A program made the position numbers and the translations under genes. A stretch of DNA of 64,000 nucleotides from Thalia democratica (taxonomy: Eukaryota). The DNA lies in NCBI GenBank assembly GCA_965202585.1, contig OZ241831.1:17174001-17238000 (forward strand). The letters are read 5' to 3'. Of the stretch, positions 54,961-64,000 are shown piece after piece (the stretch's first letter is position 1; the number at the start of each line of letters is the position of its first letter). The notes below the pieces were generated by a model that worked only from the letters and a program-made list of their open reading frames with translations, searched no databases and was not told the origin of the DNA.

Positions 54961-55599
54961 TGTTTTTATAAAACTTTTTTTCTAAGTTTAAACGTGTTGA
55001 TCTTATGTAAGATTTAAAAGACAATATTATCACGAAAAATACTTAATACAGTTTAAATAATCTTTTTATTGTTAATTAAATTCTTATCGTTAACATAAGC
55101 TTCAGACATTGTGATCTTATGGATTACATACAATTAAAGTGTAATACTTTATTTCTGAAACAATTTCAATGAACTTTAATTATTGATTTTTAGTTTAAAC
55201 CAACAAAAATAAAAACAAAATTAAACTATGAAAGACTGTTAATACAATTAGAAATAAACTTACTAACATAAGTAGTGATAATTTTAAAAGATAATATGCC
55301 TATTTCTAGTACAAGTAGGATATGAAATAGACGATAAAAAAACAAGTGTTACGGAGAATATAAGCCATTAGAAATTTAGATGAAACCAAACAAAGTAATT
55401 CAAATAATTTTACTACGAATAAATGCTGTTATAAAATACAAAGCAATTAAAGGATGGGTTTTATCTATTGAGTTTTTAGTACTTTAGTTAAAGATCATGT
55501 TCTGAAGGTTTTAGTAATAAACTAATTGTGTTGCTGGACTTAATACTAGGTCAGCTATATCTAATAACTTAAACATAATTAGCTGTAAAATTATTAAAC

Positions 55600-56385
55600 T
55601 AGGTTTTCCCAAAGCAGGACGACATCGCTTTTGTCGTACGAAAAGCAAAATTAAAAAGTGGTTAAGGTGGAAATCCAAACGTTACATGTTTAAGAATTGA
55701 TCAGGATTTAAAAGTAGATGCAACATTGATAAGCATAAATGTAAAAACTGATTTAATGCTTACTTCCATGAAGCTATAGTAGCGCTAGTATTTTACTGAC
55801 CTTCTATCACGATAGAGAGCTGGTCTTCTTTGCAATTTGCTGAAGTCTGGCTCGAAGAACGGTGAAATAGTATCCTTAAACGAAAAAATGCTCATTTTTG
55901 AGGCAAAGTTTAATTCAAAGAATCAAAGCGATTGCCCAACACTCCCGGATTCTCTCAAAGTATTAACCATTTATCCCAAGCAGAAACAGGCATCTTTTAT
56001 GATTCGGACTGCATTATCAAAAAATTGTAACTCTACTCTTAGTATTGTGAAAATGGTGCCAAAGTCAGCATAAATGTGTATTTTACAAATATTGACCCCT
56101 TCCTTGCTTAATATGAAGCAGCAATTAAAAAGTGATGACTTCACTTTTCAACAAGATGTTGCTGCCTCTCGTTACTCCAACATACCAAGTTTTGGTGCAG
56201 AGATAGTTTCCTGCGATTTTGGAGCAAGGAATTGTAGCCCTTTTCATCAACCGATCTCAACCAAACAAATTCGGCCTTTGTTACAGTCTTGGTTCAAATA
56301 TTGCAGACGAAGTTGCGTGCAGCAGTTGTAAGTTTCAAAGGACGAGTTGAGCGAGTAATTGCTACTGAAAAGGCAAATTAGATAT
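55600..56385 (+). mobile_element. Tc1/mariner-superfamily (maT/DD37D-like) transposase pseudogene
   Basis: SLNEKMLIFEAKFNSKN (cf. SDEK..FN.QN), NGAKV, FTFQQDVAA, FWSKEL*PFSSTDLN and AAVVSFKGRVERVIATEKG, with frameshifts and stops. Confidence 0.82.
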
Positions 56386-58123
56386 AATTTTAGTTTTTTC
56401 TTTGTTAAAGTTAAAAAAAAGGAAGCTTGTAACTTTTGTTACCATAAATGAGTATAAGTATGATGAAATTTATATTTTATGAAATTTTTTTTCAAATTTG
56501 TATGTGTGTTATACATCATCATTAGACAAACAGCTTTAAAACGTTCCATAAAAATATAGTTAAATACAAAATTAAACTTTTAATAGCATAACAAAAACTA
56601 ATAATGTTATTATTAAAGACCAGATGATAAAATAGTAAACAATTTGTGCTATTTAGATCAAAATAATTTTTTTTTTTTAAAGTTTAAAAGTTTTTTCATC
56701 TTTTACATCGTATGCTAATACTAATTTAATTCTCGTTTTTTTCTTTATAAACTAAATTTAAAGATATATATTTAATAACCTTGTGATTGTTTGAAAACAA
56801 CTAGTTTCTTTTTATAGCTTATATTTAGTTTTGAATATGAATTAAGCTTCAATTTGTTTTAATTTGTAAATGACATAAATCTTATCTTTCTAATTAGAAA
56901 AGTTTTATTTATAACTTTTAATCAACTTAATTAATCATTTGTATAAAATTGAGTTTAAAAACTCTATAAGCAGTGCAATATACTTAAGTCATACGTTTTT
57001 TTTTAGTATAATAATTTTTAGTAAACAAATAATCAACAATGTAGATTAAGTTCTAAGAAAGTTTTATTATAATTAGCGAAAATGTTTATCTTTTTTATTG
57101 TATGCTTATCTGAAAAACTGGATCATTTTATCTTATTTATGATTTGTTTACTACTTTAAAATTATGAAAATTCGATAAACTATCAAGCATGTTTCATTTA
57201 GTAACTTAAGTTGGTGGAGTAAAAAATAGTTAGTATGTGGAATTAATATAATTTTTTATTAAAAGTAGTCTTTAGTTTTAAAATAAATACCTAATTAAAA
57301 GTTTATAGAATTTAAAAAAAATATAGTTAAATTTACGAAAAATTGTTTAATTTATGATAAGCATGGTTTTTAGTCAAATAATTGACTGTTGGTTTTTAAA
57401 ATTTACTAATTAATAGTCATAAGTAGTAGTAGCGAAATGTTGTTTTACTAAATTATCTTATCAAACAGTAAAAAAATAAAAACTATAATTTAAGCTGTTA
57501 AAATGTTCTTGCTATTGATAAAAAAATGCATTTTTTGTTTATAATAATACTAATTTCAGGCTTCTCTTAAATTACTTATTAATTAGTTTAAATCCTTATA
57601 AAACTAGTATTTCCGTTTTAAAATCTTGTTGCGTGAAATTAAAAGCAAAAACTTCTTAAACTTCCCGACAAAAACATCATTACACAATATAATTATATAA
57701 ATATTAGTTTTAGTTTTAAGAACATATCTAATAATGATTTTTCCTACTCACAAAAGTGTTCAATTTATTTTTTGTGAAAACCACTTAAATGTCGCTCTAA
57801 TACTGTATACAATAACAAAGTTATATAATGTGGTTCTATTATCACAATAAAAGATTGCGAACTTATTTTTAATTAAAAATCAAAAAAATAAAGTTTTTGA
57901 TCTATTTATTTTTCTAAAGGATGTATGCTCTTATTTAGAACTATTTTGACATCTCAAAACTTATAAACTACATATAGGAATAAGCAGTACATTAAAACAA
58001 ACACACTGAACAAAAACTTTTTTAGCTGTCAAAAGAAGTGTTAATTAATTTTCCTGAACCTGTTTTCAAACTTACACCAGCATTAAGCTACAATAAACTG
58101 TGAAATTAGTTTTTTAAATTTAG

Positions 58124-60415
58124 ATGCTATCAAGAAAGTTTAAAAAGAAGGTTGTGAACTGCAAAGTGTTGAAGGAGACTGAAGAAGTTGAGCTTGTTGT
58201 TTCGAGGACCAAAGTTGCTGCGGAGGGGGTTTCGACCACTTTCGTGTTTTTGTCTGCAAATCGATCTTTGATCAACATTTGCATTGATGATTGGTGGATT
58301 TTTAAGCAGGTACCTTTTGTTAATAAAATAAAATATAAAATAAAATATCTTTAATATTTCTACGCTCCTAAATATAAACACGTAAGAATTTTGAAAATTT
58401 TGATTAGGTGAATTTACTTTATTTACTCCTTTGGCTTCTACTTACTGTTTTATTCATTGCTGTATGTTTAGATAACTTAGATTTTAGTAGTAAAAATTAA
58501 TTCTTTAAATATATTCTTATTTTAAAAACAAAAAGTTATAAAATTTGCTACCGTAAAAAAATTATTAATAAAAAAGCTACTTGATTAAATTTATAAATTA
58601 AATCAAAGTCCTTTAAAGAAACCTAATACGTAGTTTGTTTTCACATTCTGAGAATGTAACTTGTGTAAACTTTGATCTAAATTTTTATAATCGTTTTATT
58701 ACCACATTAAAAAGGTTTGTATAGAGTAAAGTATTTTTCAAAAAATAGTTTTTAATTTAAACTTAAATTTTATAAAATTTTAAGAAAAAAAACTTTAAAA
58801 GGTTAATATTTTAGCGTAAACTGTTTGTTACATGACTATAGTTTTTATAAACTGATAATTTAGAATATAAAATACAAAATTAAAATACAAATTATAAACT
58901 GGTAATGACAGGAAAAGTTTAAGTGGCCTTGTAGTCAACTGAGAACATTATGCATTGGAAAAGTTCTAAGTTTTTTTGTCCAAGAACAAAATCCAAAACA
59001 AATTTTTAGTTTTCATAACAGTAGACCTTACAATGTGAAAAAAAGTGAAGTGGTGTAAGTTTTGTAAAAATTATAACTGTTTAATTATGAATGTTTTTTT
59101 ATACTGGTACATTTTTTTCTAGTAAAATCATTAATTTTTTTTGTTTTCAAATAAAAGACAGGCATAAAAATTAAAGTTTTAGTCAAAGTTGCAATTTACG
59201 TATATTCCTATTATATTTTTGTTTAAAGTTTCTAATCCGATAAAGTTTTATGTACATTACTGGATTGAGTTTGGTGTAATGTAACAACTATACAGTTTTG
59301 TTTTAATGCATTTAGTTTTAAGTTTTACTTTTTACTTTTTTACTTTTTTATAGGTAGTTAAAACAAACTTTATATTCCTTATAGAAATACTGAGGCAATT
59401 ACAGGAATAAAAGAAGTTACCAACAGTAAGTGCGGAAATAATCTTATTGTTATCATGCACACCGCAGTTGTCGTATACCGAGTTCGTTCGTGCTGTCAAA
59501 AGAACAAGCTCTGCCATTGGCCACTGGTGATACAATACACACTGAACGGATACAGCATTGTCAGTCCGAGACTCGTGTCACTCGGTAAAGTGGTCACAAG
59601 AAGTCGCTGTTTGACGATAATGGCCACTCCTGACGTTGAGGGTCGTTGCAACGGAGTCAGACTTCACAGTGTTGAAGACAACAAACTTTGTCACAGTTTT
59701 CAAGCGTCCAAGTTTCCTTACCTTGCCTGCATTGCGCTCAGTAGAGACGCAACGCTTGTTGCAACAACGGCAACTAACGGAAAAATAGTAAAACTTTTTA
59801 ACAGTCAAGGTGTTTATTTAAAATGTAAATTTAAACTTAGTTTTTACTCATGATTTTTTAAAACCAGTTTTAAGTGTTTGTTATTTGAAAGTATTTTTAT
59901 ATCAAAGTAGAACTGTAAGCTACTAAATGTTATTTTTTTATAATAATTATTATTAAGAGGATAGTTAAATTAATCACGATATAACTTTAACAGGCACGTT
60001 GTTGCACGAGTTTAGAAGGAGCCTGCTGACCAAAGCAAGACAGATGACCTCCTTGGTGTTCAGCGCCGACTCCAAGTACATCGCGTGCGCTCGACTTAAC
60101 CAAAAAATATACGTATTCAGAGTGCTGCAAAAGCACCTCGTCGAAAAGCATAAAAGTAGGCTGTCAAAAGTGTTCCGAACACCGCTTCCTTTGAAAACAA
60201 GCTTCGATTGTGCAGTGGTTGCAGCGAGAGATGTCGGCAGCCGGCTGAAACTCGTGAGTTTTATCAACAGGAACGACGGTCAGGTTGGAGTTGTGGTGGC
60301 AGACGAGCTGTCCAACGTGCGCATTTTTGTCATTGAAAAATTCGGAATGCACGCTCCGTGCCGTAACAGCTTGAAAGTGAGAAGCGTGATGGAAGATGAA
60401 AATTACGTTTTGTAG
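58124..60415 (+). CDS. Divergent PROPPIN (WIPI/Atg18-family) WD40 beta-propeller protein, 4 exons, 391 aa
   Basis: join(58124-58309, 58912-59054, 59385-59809, 59994-60415) = 1176 nt, GT-AG, phase-consistent. LACIALSRDATLVATTATNGKIVKLFNSQGTLLHEFRRS...SLVFSADSKYIA matches the PROPPIN blade 5-6 signature (L.ATAS.KGT.IR.F...FRRG...FS.DS). Confidence 0.85.
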
Positions 60416-60872
60416 AATAAGTTGAGTTAGTGTTCTATAAAGTATCGAAGCACATTTTTTGTTTTTTACATGCACTAAAAATTTCAAGTTAGATTTAACC
60501 TCGATTGAATTTTTATTGAAAGCAGTTTTTAGGAATACACTCTGTAAAAAATTGAAAAGTCACAAGTCAAAGTTACTTGTTAAAAAATGTATTTCGTCCT
60601 GTTGCAAACTTAGAGAGGTCTCTACGAGACTATTTAATATCATTCAGTCATTTTTTATTATTGTAACTGTATATTTTGCTTTGTGTTTTGCAGACTTAAA
60701 AAGAAAAGTTTTAAAAGTTATTATCAAATTAGAAGTAATAATACGCAAGTTAAAATTTTGTTTACTTAAAAAAATAAAGCAAAAATAACAAATATAAAAA
60801 ATTGTAATAAGTAATTACTTCTTTTTGTTATACAAGTAAAAATAGATAGGTTCTTCTTAAAGTTGTTTTATT

Positions 60873-61445
60873 ATCAATACATCAAAATACGGCCATAATT
60901 TGACATAGACATAATAAGTACCAAATGTTTTAAAATATACAGAGTAATACAAAACGATAAAATTTCAGCTGAGTCAAGTGGTTCTAATAATAATTATTTC
61001 TATTTTTTACGAACAAAAACATCAAATATAGAAGGAATCCTAAAAAGAAGAATTAGTCCTTCACAAAGCGGAATGTATGGACCTGGAGTGTATCTAATTT
61101 ATAGTATTAATTATTCATATAGATACGATATAAGTATTAAAACAAAAAAAATATACTTTTTTGTAAACAGTGTAGAAAACCCTGAAAAACTACTACCAGA
61201 TAATCAGTTTGAACTAAACATAACTTTCCAAGAACATCAAGAAAATTAAAAAAAATCTATGAAAGTATATAGCAGTTTTTTAGAGAAATCTCTTAGAAAA
61301 AAGTAAAAGGGTTCATTTCAAAACGTTGACCAGCTAAATAGCTTTGATAGTTTTGGCTCACCATAGTCTGGTAGTGCCTGCTTGTTTAATTGAAGTTAAT
61401 GAAAAAGGTAATGTGTTAGATATTGTTTTAAGAAATACTTTATAG
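60873..61445 (+). pseudogene. Intronless PARP/ADP-ribosyltransferase-catalytic-domain-like (Gig2-like) pseudogene
   Basis: Open frame 60899-61249 without ATG: KIYRV...YFLRTKTSNIEGIL..ISPSQSGMYGPGVYL. Frameshifted continuation 61347-61445: LAHHSLVVPACLIEV. Resembles the HGT..GF..S..GM.G.GVYL and P.YLI motifs. The same frame continues with scattered stops to ~61600. Confidence 0.6.
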
Positions 61446-61825
61446 TTGTTTAAAAATAGGAATGTATCCAGAAAATTGAGCTACTTATATAGTGAGTCAG
61501 AAAACAAACAAAGAAAACAAGAATTAATTTTAGAATATTCGTAAATATTGGTAAGAGAAAGAAATTAGTATAATTTATCTTACAAAAATTTATTATTTCA
61601 CTTTAAAATTAAAAACTGACACTAATTTATTTAATAAACAACTTTCTTTTCAATTAAGCATCATATTTAAATTAAATGGCGAAAAAAGAAAACTTAGTAC
61701 AGAGCTTTTGCAAAAAGAGAATGGTGATTACAAGTTTATTTTGCATTTACTCAGTAAACGAAAAGCTGAAGATTGGCCAAAAGTTAGAAAGTTTTTTAAA
61801 ATTTAATGGACAACACATTAAAAGG

Positions 61826-61915
61826 TATTCGTGGTGTGCGACTCAATAACCGAATGGTTTTTTTCTGCACCAGGTCTTAGGACAAAAATTTGAGCGATTT
61901 TTTGTCGTTCAATAA
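61826..61915 (-). repeat. High-copy ~90-bp repeat end containing the palindrome GGTCCTAGGACC
   Basis: Copies at ~2845-2900, 6095-6185, 12190-12275, 13676-13740, 27190-27225, 52015-52101, 54490-54640 and here; several end sharply at GTTCAATAA. Confidence 0.75.
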
Positions 61916-62317
61916 ACAATATATATTGTACTAAAAAAAGAAGTTAAAAACTAAAACTTAAGTTCCTTTATTTAATTCGAATTAAAGTGGATAACGAAAA
62001 ATATCTTTACAAACGCTTATACTACAGATCAAAACAATAATCTTAATTCTTGGTTATATAAAGATATTTACTCAAATGTTAACTACTGTGAAGTTAGTAA
62101 CACAGTAAAAATAATTTCATTTGTATTAGTTGCATGTTCAGTTATAAATACCATTATACAGATAAAAAAAAACTTAGAGGGCTATTAGAGACAGCAGGAG
62201 AAGTTTAACAAGAGACGGAATGTTTGATAATGGTGATTATGCAAAAAAAAAAGTTCATCATGACGTGATTCCGGCATATTCAGTTATTTTGGATTTTTAG
62301 TTAATGTTGTTGTGATA

Positions 62318-63298
62318 GATATTGATCGAACATTTTACAGTTTTGTTAAAATTTATCGAGGGTTTTTACTAAAAGTGCAAAAAAAAAAAAGTTACACGTT
62401 AAACTTAGTAACTTGTACGAAAAACTAAGAAATTAAACGACATTTTTTATCTACCTAATTTGTATTTGTGCATTTATATAGACTTTTTTTTTTGAATTTT
62501 TTTCTAACTTTGAAGTTAATCATTTTTATTGTTAAAAGTTTTTTAACTAAAAAACAAAACTATACGTTGATAATTTTTAACTGTATAAAGGTCAAAAACT
62601 TTATTTTTTTTTAAAGATCATAGTTTCTTAGTATATCAGAAAATATAAAATTATTTTATGTCTTATAAAGTCCTTTAAACATAAAATAGATACTGTTGTC
62701 TTGCTATTTGTAGTTTTTAAATAGATTTTTTATTTATTTTTTAAGTTTAATGTATGTATAGAGTTGATTTTGACCAACAGTGTATTAGTTTTTGGTTACA
62801 GTGTAATGATGTTAACATTTAATTTTCTTATTTTAAAGCGTGTGAATCAATATGGAATTTTATGTAACAATAAAATCAACGGTAAGGTTTCTCAAAACAA
62901 TTTTACCGATTCCCAAAACAACATTATTATTATTCAGGGAGTTAATTTCATTTCGACGCGTATATATCAGCGTTTGTCTTTTAAATACGCGTTAGTTGCT
63001 TAGTTGGTGAATTAGTTATTCCGCGTTACGATCAAGTTCCGATTAAATTCAACGTTTTATTTCTAGTTTCAAGAATCAAGAAAACGTCTACATCGCGGAG
63101 TTGATGTTAGTATTTTATAAATATTGATCTAACATTTTATAGTTTTGTTAAAATTTATCGAGGGTTTTTACTAAAATTGTAAATTCAAAAAGTTACACGT
63201 TAAACTTAGTAACTTGTACGAAAAACTAAGAAACTAAACGACACTTTTTATCTATCTAATTTGTATTTGTGCATTTATATAGACTTTTTATTTTGAAC
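62318..63298. repeat. ~180-bp direct repeat pair (62318-62495 and 63119-63298)
   Basis: ATATTGATC.AACATTTTA.AGTTTTGTTAAAATTTATCGAGGG...GTGCATTTATATAGAC is present twice, ~800 bp apart, at high identity. Confidence 0.85.
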
Positions 63299-64000
63299 TA
63301 GACACCACTAATTTTACTTTAAGAAATAGTTGTCTAAAATCATACATATTTATAAATATTTCTATTTCAAATACTGGTAAAAGTAATTCTAAATGCAAGA
63401 AACATTTTCGCACTTAATAACCTGTGGTTTTCAAATCTCATTATCACAAGTTATTCTGGTAAAGTAATAATACACTAATGTACTTATAATATGTATAATG
63501 AAGATGATTTAGGGTGTTTAGCTTTGTAGTTTAGTATAACTATGAATAGCATAATTACTTAGAAATAGGTTCAAACTTTTAGATAACATAATAATGTGCA
63601 TTGTATATCAGTTTAGTACAAACAGTTTTTGAGACTTATTAGGCTTTATTTTAATGTCAGGTTTAAATGTGGCTGTTGTGAATTTTTAAGTAGTAAATAT
63701 CTACTATCATTTACAGTTAAGATAAGTAGAGTATCTAAGTATATATTTTTATAGGTACTTCCATGAAGATCTCACCAAAAGGACTTTGCTAATTCCTATT
63801 AAACTTTGTGAATTTTATATGAAGCTGCCAACAATGTACTTAAAACTATAAAAGCATACTTGTTTGTTATAATAATTATCTTTTCTTTTGTTGTGTTTTA
63901 GAAACCTTGAAGCTTATATTTGAGAGTTGTGGGTTGAAATTATATATAACTTTTGTACACATAGTAATCTGATTAATAATAGTTATGTTGCAGTAACAAT

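Noticed and set aside
58130-60487. Minus-strand ORFs 58130-58381, 59332-59535, 59578-59808, 59974-60267, 60164-60487
   Set aside because: Antisense to the PROPPIN exons.
60459-60788. 109-aa K/L-rich ORF after the PROPPIN stop
   Set aside because: TTG start, AT-rich 3' UTR-like composition, no recognisable motif.

Overview
Very AT-rich, intron-rich, transposon-dense eukaryotic DNA. The MRPS5 sequence is animal-type and the overall profile suggests a Hydra-like cnidarian (inference; no database search was run). I assembled four spliced genes by hand using GT-AG sites and phase continuity. (1) An orphan coiled-coil gene on the minus strand with at least 15 exons (4719-11195; 5' end not found). 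(2) A two-exon gene on the minus strand encoding a 92-aa protein made of only the NAB NCD1 domain (21500-24013). (3) Mitochondrial ribosomal protein S5, 7 exons, 384 aa, plus strand (33392-50821). (4) A divergent 391-aa PROPPIN/WIPI-like WD40 gene, 4 exons, plus strand (58124-60415), whose lipid-binding residues are largely substituted. There is also an intronless PARP/ART-like pseudogene at about 60.9-61.4 kb. The rest is layered repeats: Penelope-like retroelements (one with inverted terminal repeats), a decayed LINE, Tc1/mariner relics, several MITE families, and a dispersed repeat carrying decayed type I hammerhead ribozyme motifs. Most ORFs in the supplied track are antisense shadows of exons or derive from repeats.
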